DNA from: an archaeon
GTDB lineage: Archaea > Iainarchaeota > Iainarchaeia > Iainarchaeales > CSSED10-239
Assembly (NCBI GenBank): GCA_035390665.1
Contig: DAOOUC010000003.1
Coordinates: 30,001 to 62,000, forward strand
DNA: 32,000 nt
Direction: 5' to 3'
Each line of letters opens with the position of its first letter. The first letter of the stretch is position 1. Positions 17,886 to 30,414 of the stretch are shown piece after piece. The notes beneath the pieces were generated by a model. It saw only the letters and a list, made by a program, of their open reading frames with translations, made no database searches and was not told the DNA's origin. A program made the position numbers and the translations under genes.

Positions 17886-17935
17886 TTTTCTTTTTCTGAA
17901 TTAGTCTGATGACAAGAGAAAAAAATTAAAAACAC

Positions 17936-17960
17936 AAGAAAAGTTTTCACTTTTCTTTTT
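17936..17960. terminator. Hairpin with T-rich flanks, possibly terminating both the + strand membrane gene and the - strand 23S transcript
   Basis: AAGAAAAG-TTTTCA-CTTTTCTT, followed on + by TTT and on - by a T-rich stretch. Confidence 0.35.
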
Positions 17961-17989
17961 TAAGAAAAAAATCCGTTTTAAAGATTTTA

Positions 17990-18021
17990 TTACGGATAAA
18001 GAAAATAGGAAATTGTGCCAT
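17990..18021 (-). repeat. 3' arm of pre-23S processing stem (outer)
   Basis: Pairs with 21112-21143: 16 bp perfect, 7 bp (with G-U), 2x2 internal loop, 7 bp. Confidence 0.8.
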
Positions 18022-18043
18022 TTTGAACTGTCTTATTTCTAAG

Positions 18044-18061
18044 ATTTGACCTCTAAATGAA
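18044..18061 (-). repeat. 3' arm of pre-23S stem (inner)
   Basis: ATTTGACctcTAAATGAA (+) pairs across the gene with TTCATTTAataGTCAAAT (21074-21091). Confidence 0.7.
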
Positions 18062-18069
18062 TTGAATCT

Positions 18070-21057
<2,988 letters not shown>

Positions 21058-21073
21058 TTTTTGTGAAAATTCT

Positions 21074-21091
21074 TTTCATTTAATAGTCAAA
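21074..21091 (-). repeat. 5' arm of pre-23S stem (inner)
   Basis: See 18044-18061. Confidence 0.7.
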
Positions 21092-21111
21092 TTTTATAAT
21101 AAACTTGAACA

Positions 21112-21143
21112 CATGGCACAATTTCCTACTCTCTCATCCCGTA
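21112..21143 (-). repeat. 5' arm of pre-23S processing stem (outer)
   Basis: ATGGCACAATTTCCTActctctcatCCCGTAA (+), partner of 17990-18021. Confidence 0.8.
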
Positions 21144-21269
21144 AATGTAATAATTGCCAAAAATGCTAAAGTAACAAATTTGGACAATGACTTTTCTAAA
21201 AGATTTAAAACGGTCGAATTCCGATGCTAAAAGAACTTAGCCGGAATAACATAATTATGTAGCGACAGG

Positions 21270-21278
21270 TTTATAAAT
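21270..21278 (-). promoter_or_regulatory. Candidate TATA box of the 23S rRNA transcript
   Basis: ATTTATAAA on the minus strand, about 125 nt upstream of the outer processing-stem arm. Confidence 0.5.
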
Positions 21279-21428
21279 AGATCGCCATTTCTCTTCAGAT
21301 TTTGCCCCGATTTTAAAATAAAGGCTAATAAGTACTTATTTTGATTTTAAGGTAATTAAACCTACATTTAAGCAAAATTGCGCAATTAAATGGCAAAAAT
21401 GAAGAAACTGGGCCTGAAATAACCTCCA

Positions 21429-23225
21429 TTAATTAGGAGAATATAATAATCCTTCAACTTTTGTTGGTGTTTCAATTACTGGATCTCCTGAATCAACACC
21501 TAATTTTCCTTTGTCATTGCTTCCCCAACAATAAAGTTCTTTTATTTTTCCACTCCCTGGATCAACAATTGAACAAGTAAAATTATATCCTAAAGAAGTG
21601 TTTGTTTGATTAATCATATTTTTCATTGATTCTGGGACATTATGTGAAAGTTCATCTTTTGATTCTAGTCCTAATTGCCCAAGGTTATTACTTCCCCAGC
21701 AACTTTGTGTAAATCCTTCTTTCCCATAAATTGCACAACTGTGAGTTTTTCCAACATCTAACATTTGAATATTTGTTAAACCAACAACAGGGACAAATAC
21801 TGGAATATTTAAATCTCCTGCTCCAGAACCAAGTTTCCCGAATTCATTATTTCCTGCACAAAATGCAGAGTTATTTTCTTGAATAAATAAACAAGAATGG
21901 TTATCTCCAACAGATACTCTCATGGATATTGGAGCATTTATTTGTACTGGACTTAGTTGTGAAATAGTATCTTCAGTTCCTAATTGCCCAAAAGTATTAT
22001 CTCCCCAACACATAACCTTCCCATCGGTTAATACTGCACAAGCATGAGTAATTCCTATATCAACACTTATAACATCTGATAAAACAAAAGTTGGAGAATC
22101 TTTATGATCTTTATCTCCAACTCCTAATTGTCCATAAGAATTATCACCCCAACAATATAATTTATTTGCAGAATCAATAGCACAAGAAGAGTTTCCTCCA
22201 ACAGCTATACTAGTCACTTCTCCAAATTCAGGAATAACTACTGGTATTAAACTCAAACTTTCTGGAGTTTCAAAACCAAGTTGTCCATAAGAATTATCAC
22301 CCCAACACATTACATCTTTTGTGTCTAATAATGCACAAGAATGAGAAAATCCAATACTTACTTGTATTGCAGTATTAATCTCTAAAACTAAAACTGGTTT
22401 ATTACTTAAGTCATTAGTTCCGTTTCCAAGTTGGCCTTTTTCATTATTTCCCCAACAATTAATTTTACCCCCCTCTAACAAAACACAAGCATGATTTTCT
22501 CCTAAGGATAACTGTAATGGTTCATCTATTAAATAATTGTAAGTAATAATATCACTATCTATATAATTTTCTTTTATTGCAATTAATTTTAAGGTAGTAT
22601 CTTCTTGAATTAATATTGCACTACCATTATATTGATTACTTGTTTCAGAATCGGGGTTTGTCCCATCTGTTGTATAATAAATCATATCATTTTCATTATC
22701 TGGAGTCAAAGTAATTTCTGTATTTAATGGAAGATATCCTGAATCTAAAGAGGCGCTAGGATTTCCGACTTTTGGCTTTGTTTGTGGAGCTTTTGTAATA
22801 GTAGGTAAAGAAAAATAATTAGTTGAATTGTTTAAAACTATAGAAACCTTTGTTCCGGTCAATACTGTATCTATTGGAATAATAACCGATGCTCCTGTTA
22901 TTATCTCAATTTCAGAATCCAAAGTTATTTCTTCTGTATTTCCTTCATTGTCTGAAATTGTGTATCCTGTTATTGTTACATTATTTGGCCCTAAATTTTT
23001 AATATTTAAATTACCTGTTTTTTCTATTGTTGCAGCTACAAAAGAATTTACTACAATTTGATTTTCTATATATTTCTTAGTATCTAAAATTCCATCTGTT
23101 TTGTCTAAACTTTTATTTGTAAATTGATTTCCCCAACTTAAAATTGCAACAGTAATTATTGTTGCAACAACAACTAATAATATTACTGTTATAAGCGTTG
23201 ACACAGCTTTAAATTTATTTTTCAT
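21429..23225 (-). CDS. Secreted/surface protein: archaeal type IV pilin-like N-terminus, chitobiase/Fn3-like domain, seven RCC1-type repeats
   Basis: 598 aa; MKNKFKAVSTLITVILLVVVATIITVAIL, YYTTDGTNPD segment, then seven xxCxxx...CWGxNxxGQLG-type repeats. Confidence 0.85.
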   Translation of the reverse strand: MKNKFKAVSTLITVILLVVVATIITVAILSWGNQFTNKSLDKTDGILDTKKYIENQIVVNSFVAATIEKTGNLNIKNLGPNNVTITGYTISDNEGNTEEITLDSEIEIITGASVIIPIDTVLTGTKVSIVLNNSTNYFSLPTITKAPQTKPKVGNPSASLDSGYLPLNTEITLTPDNENDMIYYTTDGTNPDSETSNQYNGSAILIQEDTTLKLIAIKENYIDSDIITYNYLIDEPLQLSLGENHACVLLEGGKINCWGNNEKGQLGNGTNDLSNKPVLVLEINTAIQVSIGFSHSCALLDTKDVMCWGDNSYGQLGFETPESLSLIPVVIPEFGEVTSIAVGGNSSCAIDSANKLYCWGDNSYGQLGVGDKDHKDSPTFVLSDVISVDIGITHACAVLTDGKVMCWGDNTFGQLGTEDTISQLSPVQINAPISMRVSVGDNHSCLFIQENNSAFCAGNNEFGKLGSGAGDLNIPVFVPVVGLTNIQMLDVGKTHSCAIYGKEGFTQSCWGSNNLGQLGLESKDELSHNVPESMKNMINQTNTSLGYNFTCSIVDPGSGKIKELYCWGSNDKGKLGVDSGDPVIETPTKVEGLLYSPN

Positions 23226-23349
23226 ATTATTTATATCCTCTCAAACTATTCTTAAAATTAGAATCAATATTTATAAATTACCAAATTATTTAAATAGTTA
23301 TTCTTTCTTTAATATATATTAACTTATTTTATAATGATGTGAATTTTTT

Positions 23350-24546
23350 ATGATTATTGGAATTGTTGGAAAACCTAATGTTGGAAAAACTACTTTTTTT
23401 AAAGCTTTAACTTTAATGGATGCTGAAGCAGCTAATTATCCATTTACAACAATTGACCCAAACAAAGGTGTGGGTTTTGTTAGAAATAATTGTGTGGATA
23501 CTTTCTTTAATACACAATGTAATCCAAGACACGGTTTTTGTAAAGAACACATTAGATTTTTACCTGTTGATATTATTGATGTTGCTGGTCTTGTTCCTGG
23601 GGCAAGCGAAGGAAGGGGTCTTGGAAATAAATTTTTGACTGATCTTTATCAAGCACAAGTTTTAATTCAAGTAATCGATATTTCTGGAAGTACGGATGAA
23701 GAAGGTAGACCTGTTGCTCTTGGTTCTTACGACCCTGCTTTAGAAATTGCATTCCTATTGACAGAGATTGAAACTTGGTTATTTGGAATTTTTAAAAAAA
23801 ATTTTGAAAAACTTGGTAGAGAACAACAAGTAAGAAAAATTAAAACACTTAAAACTCTTTTATCTTTTATGAGTGGTATGGGAATCTCTGAAGAAGTACT
23901 AGATCATTGTCTTAAATCTTTAAACTTACATGAAAAAGAAATAATCTCTTGGTCTGATGAAGAATTAATGTTTTTTACAAAAAAGATAAGAGAAACAACT
24001 AAACCAATAGTTATTGCAGCAAATAAAATAGATATGCCTGGTTCTAAAGAAAGATTAGAAAAATTAAAAGAAAGATTTCCAAATCTTTTAATTGTTGGTT
24101 GTTCTGCAGAATCTGAACTGGCTTTAAAGACAGCAGATAAAAACAAAGTTGTTGATTATATTCCTGGTAATAATAATTTTAAAATATTAAAAGAAGACAT
24201 TCCTGAAAAACAAAAAAAAGGATTAGAATTTGTTCAAAAACAAATACTTGGTAATTTCGGTTCTACTGGCGTCCAAGAAATAATAGATAATTGCGCGTTT
24301 AATGTTTTAAAATATATAGCAATATATCCTGGTGGAACAAAAAGTCTAAAAGACAAAGATGGAAATGTTTTACCGGATTGTTTTTTAATGCCTCCTGGCA
24401 CAACAACACTTGACTTTGCTTATAAACTTCATACAGACTTTGGGGATAACTTTATCAAAGCCATTGATGTAAAGACAAAGATGCTTCTTGGAAGAGAACA
24501 TATTCTAAAGAATAACGATGTTATAGAAATAGTAAGTGGAAAATAA
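23350..24546 (+). CDS. OBG-family GTPase, YchF-related Ygr210-like subfamily, with C-terminal TGS domain
   Basis: 398 aa; G1 GKPNVGKTTFFKAL, G3 DVAGLVPGASEGRGLGNKFL, G4 AANKIDMP, C-terminal TTTLDFAYKLHTDFGDNFIKAIDVKTKMLLGREHILKNNDVIEIV. Confidence 0.9.
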   Translation: MIIGIVGKPNVGKTTFFKALTLMDAEAANYPFTTIDPNKGVGFVRNNCVDTFFNTQCNPRHGFCKEHIRFLPVDIIDVAGLVPGASEGRGLGNKFLTDLYQAQVLIQVIDISGSTDEEGRPVALGSYDPALEIAFLLTEIETWLFGIFKKNFEKLGREQQVRKIKTLKTLLSFMSGMGISEEVLDHCLKSLNLHEKEIISWSDEELMFFTKKIRETTKPIVIAANKIDMPGSKERLEKLKERFPNLLIVGCSAESELALKTADKNKVVDYIPGNNNFKILKEDIPEKQKKGLEFVQKQILGNFGSTGVQEIIDNCAFNVLKYIAIYPGGTKSLKDKDGNVLPDCFLMPPGTTTLDFAYKLHTDFGDNFIKAIDVKTKMLLGREHILKNNDVIEIVSGK

Positions 24547-24552
24547 AAAAAA

Positions 24553-25140
24553 TTATTTAGCCACAGATCTTTTTGTTTTTGATATTATTGGTTTTATTTT
24601 CTTTTTTTCTATTTTTTGTCTTGGTTTTAATCCTACAAGTCTTTTTACCTTTCTTTGTAGTCTTTCTTTAGTATATGGTATTAATTTTTCTTTAAATTCT
24701 TGAATTATTTTATTTATATTTTCTATGTTTTTTCTTTGTATATTGTCATTAACATATCTATTCCAATCTTTATTAAATTCAGAAAGATTAGTTGAAAGAA
24801 CTTTATTGTAAATACCAATTTCTCCGGTTTTAGTAGGAATAAAAGAATAAATATTCAAGTCTTTAGGATTAATAAAAAAATCCGCATCTCTTCCTATCGC
24901 ATAATCTTTCTTAAGAACAAGAACTGGTGCTTTTTTTTCTTTAAAATTAGTTATTTTAACTTCTAATCTATTCTCTCTAATTGCTTCATAAAAATCTGCA
25001 TAAAGCATATAATTACCTTTATATAATTCTAGATCTCTGTGTGTTGTGCCTTCTAGTTCTTTCCTTCTTATTCCTTCTTTTGATCTTCTTAATGAAGTTA
25101 ATATTGATCCATTTAATAATCCACTTTTAATTTCTACCAT
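24553..25140 (-). CDS. Uncharacterised basic protein, paralog-like to the 25154 ORF
   Basis: 195 aa; FYEAIRENRLEVKITNFKEKKAPVLVLKK...PKDLNIYSFIPTKTGEIG and C-terminus IKPIISKTKRSVAK. Confidence 0.7.
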   Translation of the reverse strand: MVEIKSGLLNGSILTSLRRSKEGIRRKELEGTTHRDLELYKGNYMLYADFYEAIRENRLEVKITNFKEKKAPVLVLKKDYAIGRDADFFINPKDLNIYSFIPTKTGEIGIYNKVLSTNLSEFNKDWNRYVNDNIQRKNIENINKIIQEFKEKLIPYTKERLQRKVKRLVGLKPRQKIEKKKIKPIISKTKRSVAK

Positions 25141-25153
25141 TTTTTATCACGTT

Positions 25154-25612
25154 TTATTTTGCCATTGATCTTACTCTTCTTACCATTGGCCTTTTTGGTT
25201 TTATCTTGTGTTTTAATTCTCTGTGGGGTTTAAATTCTCTTGATTTAATTTTTTCTAGTTTTTTTGCTTTTAATCTTTCAATTATTTTACTTTTTGCATC
25301 TTCTGAAATTTTTTGAGAAATTTTATTTAATTCTTCTTTCAATTTATCATTTTGAGTATTTTGTGTTTGATTAATATCTAAAACTTTTTCTACACTAATT
25401 ATTTGTCCTAAAAAAGTTTTAACTTGATAAATAGAAAGATCATTTAAAACAATAACTAATTTTCTATTAAAAGGATTTTTTTTAAGAACAAACACAGCTT
25501 TTTTTTCTCCATCTATTCTTAATACTCTTACAGCCCCTTCCTTATTTTTTAAAGCATTAAAAAAAGTCTCATAAATTTCTTGAGAGGCCATATTTTCAAA
25601 CCTTAACGTCAT
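25154..25612 (-). CDS. Uncharacterised basic protein, paralog-like to the 24553 ORF
   Basis: 152 aa; FFNALKNKEGAVRVLRIDGEKKAVFVLKK...LNDLSIYQVKTFLGQI and C-terminus KHKIKPKRPMVRRVRSMAK. Confidence 0.7.
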   Translation of the reverse strand: MTLRFENMASQEIYETFFNALKNKEGAVRVLRIDGEKKAVFVLKKNPFNRKLVIVLNDLSIYQVKTFLGQIISVEKVLDINQTQNTQNDKLKEELNKISQKISEDAKSKIIERLKAKKLEKIKSREFKPHRELKHKIKPKRPMVRRVRSMAK

Positions 25613-25623
25613 ATATTCTCTAT

Positions 25624-26316
25624 TTATTTCTTAAGACTTAATCTTTCCCTTATTGTTTTTGGTCTAAAATCTCTTGTTTGTGGATCAATTGTATATCCTG
25701 GCATTGTTAAGTGTTTAACTTGGAATCCTAAAAACTCTCTTAAATTTTCTTCATATCTTATTTCTGCATTTTCTCCGGTTGGAATTATTTTTTCTGAAAG
25801 TGATCTAAATGATTGTTCTCCTGATTTTGAATCAAAATCGATTTTCTTAAATTGACCAGTTATAAAATCTTGTGCCATTTTTGATAATCTAATTACTGTA
25901 TACCCCATAACTTTGCCTGTTTTAATGTCTGTTACAGCAATCGCAAAGTTAGTTAATCCATTTTTCTTATATGCATTTATTATACCCATTAAACTACTTC
26001 TTCTAGGTAGAGAATTTGGAATGTCTTTTGCTAATGGATCTCTTAAATTATCTTTAATTTGAACTAATGTTGAATTTCCAAATCTTTTTTTTGCATCTTC
26101 TTTTATTTTTTGATTAATTTTATCAATTTCTAAAAAATCTGTTTTAGATTTAAATCTATTAACTTCTTTTGAAACTTCATGCATTCTTTCCATCTTGCTT
26201 TTTGGAACTTTTAAGAATACGGCTGGATTATTATCTCCTATTTTTCTTTTTTCTTTTACAATTTTTTCAATTCTTTTCTTAAATGTTACTGGTTTTGGTT
26301 TTGGCATTTTTATCAC
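25624..26316 (-). CDS. Uncharacterised basic protein
   Basis: 230 aa; ATG preceded by AAGTGATAAAA; 11 bp upstream of the 25154 ORF in the same orientation. Confidence 0.7.
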   Translation of the reverse strand: MIKMPKPKPVTFKKRIEKIVKEKRKIGDNNPAVFLKVPKSKMERMHEVSKEVNRFKSKTDFLEIDKINQKIKEDAKKRFGNSTLVQIKDNLRDPLAKDIPNSLPRRSSLMGIINAYKKNGLTNFAIAVTDIKTGKVMGYTVIRLSKMAQDFITGQFKKIDFDSKSGEQSFRSLSEKIIPTGENAEIRYEENLREFLGFQVKHLTMPGYTIDPQTRDFRPKTIRERLSLKK

Positions 26317-26382
26317 TTTTTTTAATTTTTTATCCTTTGATTAATAATTATATTGCTAATAATTATGTTTATAAACTCTACT

Positions 26383-29241
26383 TTATTCTACTAAAATTCC
26401 TACTTTTCCTGGAAGTGCTGTTTTTGCTTTTGGATGGCCACTGCTTTCTGCTTTTATAATCTCAACATTACATTCTAAAGTTTTTGAGAAGAAATCTCTT
26501 GCAAACATATACATTGTAAATTCCTTGTTTTGATTTTCAGGAACAGATAGCATTGCGGGATTTTTGATTGCTGAAGTTATTGTTTTATTTACAAGTTCTT
26601 TATTGTCTTTGTATTTGTCCAAGAAATAATGCATTAGTTCTTTTACATTTCTGTTTTGTTTAATTTCAATTTCTTCTTTTAGTTCTTTAAATAGTAAATA
26701 ATTACTTTCTGGAGATATAAACAATGTTACTTTGTTTGGTTTTTCAACACCAGACATCTTTATTATATTTCTTATATCCCCTACCATTTTTTCAATTCTT
26801 TTTTCGTCTTCTATTATTTCTGTGTTAATCTTTTTAAGATTTATTTTTGGAAAAGAGGATACAGAAACTAATTCTTTAACACTTATTTTTTCATTTAATT
26901 CTTCTGATAAATGTGGAGTAAATAGCCCCATAGTCAATATCCATTCTTTAAGAACAGAAATTAAAATTTCTTTATTATTTCCTCCTCTATTTCTATACCA
27001 AGAGATATCGTTATAGAAATTAAAATAAATCTCATCTGTTGCATTCTTGAATTCAATTATTTCCATATTCTCTGTAATTGACTTTAATCTTGTTTGCCAC
27101 ATTGATTCTAACCAAGAGTCAAGTCTTGTGTCTTTGTTGTTTTCTTTTTCTTCTATTATTTCTTCTATTAAGTTATAAATCTTATCAAGTCTTTGCTTAT
27201 AATTAATAAGGTCTTCTTTTTCAAAAGAAATATCTACAAAAGGATTAGCAATATTAGCATAGAAAAGTCTCATGGCATCCACTGAATAAGTCTTTGCTTC
27301 ATCTCCTAGACTTCTAACTCCCCCTTTAGATTTAGATATTTTTCCTGATTTAGAAACAACCCACCAGTTTACAAATATTCCTTTAGGGTAATATTTTTCA
27401 GGCAAGATTCCAACGTGGTTCATTAAAAAAACAGGGAAGTGAACTGTTTGGTGTTCTTTTCCTCCGAGATTAATATCTAGAGGATACCAATATTCAACAT
27501 CTTTTCTTATTCTTTCTACAATTGTTTTTTCAATTCCTGTGTCTTCTGCTTTTCCTTTTCCTAAATAAACATAGTCAAAGAATTGTTCTGTTAGTTGTTC
27601 TGTTTTTATTGTTCCGTCATTAACATATTTACTTACTAAGTAATAGATTGGATAAAGTGTGCTATCTGCAATAGGTTCAATTGTATAACTTTTATCAAAT
27701 GGTAATTTTGTTCCAAGCCATCTCCCTTGTCTTGCACAAGCACGTTTACCAAACCAATCAAGAATTCCTGGTAGATTTTGTTTGAATTGTTCAGGTAGAA
27801 GAGTCATTGTTTCTATATGCTTTTTTGTTTTCTCTGTTAATTCTTTATTATCATAATCTATGAACCATTGATCTGGAACTTTTTTTATTACTACTTTTCC
27901 TCCACACCTACATACAACTTCTTCTGATAAGTCATAAAATATATCTGCTTGCCCTTTAGAAATTAAATCTTCTTTCATTTTGTTTTTTGCATCTTCTACT
28001 TTCATTCCTTTGAATGCACCGCAACTATCCAAAAGAACACCTGTATGAAATCCTTTCTTGTAAACTTCTTTTTTTGCAAGTTCTAATTTTTCAATATCTG
28101 CTTGTGATTTAATACTATATTTCTCACAAATCTCAATTGCTGCAAATTCTCCAAAGTCTTTTGATTTAATTATTGGTATTGGTTTTATTTCTTTTATTCT
28201 TTCCCAATCTAAATTATACTTTTTACATTCACTTTCAGAAACTTGAAGATCATGAAGCCCAATCCAATCTGCTGGAGCATCAGATGGAACAGAAGTAACA
28301 ATTCCGGTACCCACTGTTGGGTCACAGAATTTTGATGGTAATATTATTATCTCTCTATTAACATAAGGTGCAAGACAATATTTTCCAACTAATTCTTTTC
28401 CACTAATCTGTCCAACAATTTCAGATTTTTCTTCTTTTTGCCAAGCAATCTTTTCTGCAAATTCTTTACTAGCAACCCAAGTTTCTTCTCCAACTTTTAT
28501 CTTAACATATTCTTGATTATAATCTAACCAAACATTTGTTTGTCCAAACATTGTTTCTGGCCTTAAAGTTGCAACAACAATATATTGTCCTGGTTTTTCA
28601 TATTGTAATTTTATAATTGTATATTCGTTCTTTTCTGCCTTTCCACCTTTACTTAAATCCATTTCTGAAGGGTCGACTGCTACTGGCCCACAATTAACAC
28701 AAACTGTTGCATAATATGGTGCTTGAATCAAAAGTCCTAAATCTTTTAATTTCTTAAACTGCCATTCTATAAATTTATTATAATCTGGATAAGTAGTTAC
28801 AGTAAATCTTTGCCAATCTCCGATAAAACCAAAATCTTTATAGTCTTCTACATATTTTTTAGAAAAGAAATCAACAAAACCTTCTGGTGTTGATATTGTT
28901 TTTATGTCTTTGTCTGTTAAACCCATTTCTTTATAATAATTAATAGTTTCTGTGTCGTTTTCAGAAATCTTTTTTGCTTTTGCTACAGCTGAGTTTCCTG
29001 AAGCATGCCCTCCAGCAGGAAGTAAAACATTAAAACCATTCATTCTTTTAAATCTTGCAATTGCATCAGCATAAGAAAAACCTCTCATATGTCCTACGTG
29101 ATGAAATCCAGAAACAGTTAAGTATGCCCAGATAATAAAATATTTAGGTTTATTCTCAATAGGGTTTACTACACCAATTTTTTTTTCTTCCCATTTATTT
29201 TGCCATTTCTTCTCGGCTTTAGAAAAATCATAAGTACTCAT
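26383..29241 (-). CDS. leuS: Leucyl-tRNA synthetase (archaeal type)
   Basis: 952 aa; HHVGHMRGFSYADAIARFKRMNGFNVLLPAGGHASGN (HIGH-type), GKISKSKGG (KMSKS-type), class I aaRS CP1 region, C-terminal anticodon-binding region. Confidence 0.93.
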   Translation of the reverse strand: MSTYDFSKAEKKWQNKWEEKKIGVVNPIENKPKYFIIWAYLTVSGFHHVGHMRGFSYADAIARFKRMNGFNVLLPAGGHASGNSAVAKAKKISENDTETINYYKEMGLTDKDIKTISTPEGFVDFFSKKYVEDYKDFGFIGDWQRFTVTTYPDYNKFIEWQFKKLKDLGLLIQAPYYATVCVNCGPVAVDPSEMDLSKGGKAEKNEYTIIKLQYEKPGQYIVVATLRPETMFGQTNVWLDYNQEYVKIKVGEETWVASKEFAEKIAWQKEEKSEIVGQISGKELVGKYCLAPYVNREIIILPSKFCDPTVGTGIVTSVPSDAPADWIGLHDLQVSESECKKYNLDWERIKEIKPIPIIKSKDFGEFAAIEICEKYSIKSQADIEKLELAKKEVYKKGFHTGVLLDSCGAFKGMKVEDAKNKMKEDLISKGQADIFYDLSEEVVCRCGGKVVIKKVPDQWFIDYDNKELTEKTKKHIETMTLLPEQFKQNLPGILDWFGKRACARQGRWLGTKLPFDKSYTIEPIADSTLYPIYYLVSKYVNDGTIKTEQLTEQFFDYVYLGKGKAEDTGIEKTIVERIRKDVEYWYPLDINLGGKEHQTVHFPVFLMNHVGILPEKYYPKGIFVNWWVVSKSGKISKSKGGVRSLGDEAKTYSVDAMRLFYANIANPFVDISFEKEDLINYKQRLDKIYNLIEEIIEEKENNKDTRLDSWLESMWQTRLKSITENMEIIEFKNATDEIYFNFYNDISWYRNRGGNNKEILISVLKEWILTMGLFTPHLSEELNEKISVKELVSVSSFPKINLKKINTEIIEDEKRIEKMVGDIRNIIKMSGVEKPNKVTLFISPESNYLLFKELKEEIEIKQNRNVKELMHYFLDKYKDNKELVNKTITSAIKNPAMLSVPENQNKEFTMYMFARDFFSKTLECNVEIIKAESSGHPKAKTALPGKVGILVE

Positions 29242-29331
29242 TAGTAATCACTCTAAAATATAATATATAAATAAAGAGTAAAAATATATAAAAAGAAATT
29301 GTTTAGAAGAAAGAAAAGAAAAAATGTAACA

Positions 29332-30339
29332 TTAATGTACATCAGAAAGATCTTTGTCTTTTCTACTGTATACAAATAATGCAAGAGCAACTATTGCTAA
29401 TACTCCAAAAACAAGTATTCCCCATTTTGTTGGAGTCATTGTAATTAATGCGGTTGCTTTGCTTTTTAATATTCCTGCATCTTCTTTAAATTTTTGAGTT
29501 GATGTTAGATTGGAATCTCTTGATTCTTGTTCAGGGGTGCCAATTACTTCTTTTGTTTTTGGAATTGATGTATTAAAATTTGGATTTACTTTAACATATT
29601 CTTCTTGATTATTATATGCTTCTAATTCTTTTAATTCCTCAGAGTTTTCTGTATTTGATGTAGATATAGGCCCAAAGGTTTTTGATTGTTCTGTGTTTTC
29701 ATTATTGAAAAATTCAGTATCTGTACTGTTCTTTAATTTTATTGAATCTTTAAAAGAAAAAGTTGAATCAACTAAGGAAAAGGTTGGTGTTGTTACAAAT
29801 AAAAAATATTTTGTGTTTGTTCCTGGAACTAAAACCATATCTAAAACTAATTTGTCTTTGTCTATATAATAATCCATTGTTTTTGTTCCTGAACATAAAT
29901 TTAGTGTTTTTTCAGAATCAATTATTTCTATTCTGTTATTATTATATTTCAATAACTCTCCATTTTCCTTAACACAATCAATATCTGTTAAGCCCTCTGA
30001 AATATATATTCCTAAATTTTTCATTTGTGTTAAATCTTCTATTCCTAAACTTAATTCATATCTTCCTACAACAGAATAATCTAATTTATTTTCAAAATCA
30101 TATCTATAAATAAAAGATTGCCCACTAACTATCTCTAAATTTGATTTGTCTCTGATTTGTATAGACTCTGGATTAATCTTAAAATCCGGATTTAATTTCA
30201 TAGTAACAGGAGAATTAATACCAATTTCATATTCTTGTGATTTTATGGTTAAATAATCGTCTGAATCTTCTGCAAAAACAAATCCGAATAATAATATTAT
30301 TGAGAAAATAATTGTAATTTTTTTTATCATATTTATCAC
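29332..30339 (-). CDS. Secreted protein with N-terminal signal peptide and C-terminal transmembrane anchor
   Basis: 335 aa; MIKKITIIFSIILLFGFVFAED signal, C-terminal TPTKWGILVFGVLAIVALALFVYSRKDK. Confidence 0.7.
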   Translation of the reverse strand: MINMIKKITIIFSIILLFGFVFAEDSDDYLTIKSQEYEIGINSPVTMKLNPDFKINPESIQIRDKSNLEIVSGQSFIYRYDFENKLDYSVVGRYELSLGIEDLTQMKNLGIYISEGLTDIDCVKENGELLKYNNNRIEIIDSEKTLNLCSGTKTMDYYIDKDKLVLDMVLVPGTNTKYFLFVTTPTFSLVDSTFSFKDSIKLKNSTDTEFFNNENTEQSKTFGPISTSNTENSEELKELEAYNNQEEYVKVNPNFNTSIPKTKEVIGTPEQESRDSNLTSTQKFKEDAGILKSKATALITMTPTKWGILVFGVLAIVALALFVYSRKDKDLSDVH

Positions 30340-30414
30340 TTTTTACCTATTAATAATGTATACATATATATTACATATAGATATTTAAAACTAACTTTTA
30401 AGAAAAGCAAACAT

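Noticed and set aside
17893-17912. CTGA...CTGATGA motif suggesting another C/D box sRNA
   Set aside because: No C box upstream, no D box at suitable spacing downstream, and no terminal stem.
21090-21112. Possible bulge-helix-bulge in the pre-23S stem between outer and inner arms
   Set aside because: I tested the 3-nt bulge/4-bp/3-nt bulge geometry by eye and could not get four proper pairs; it is not claimed without folding software.
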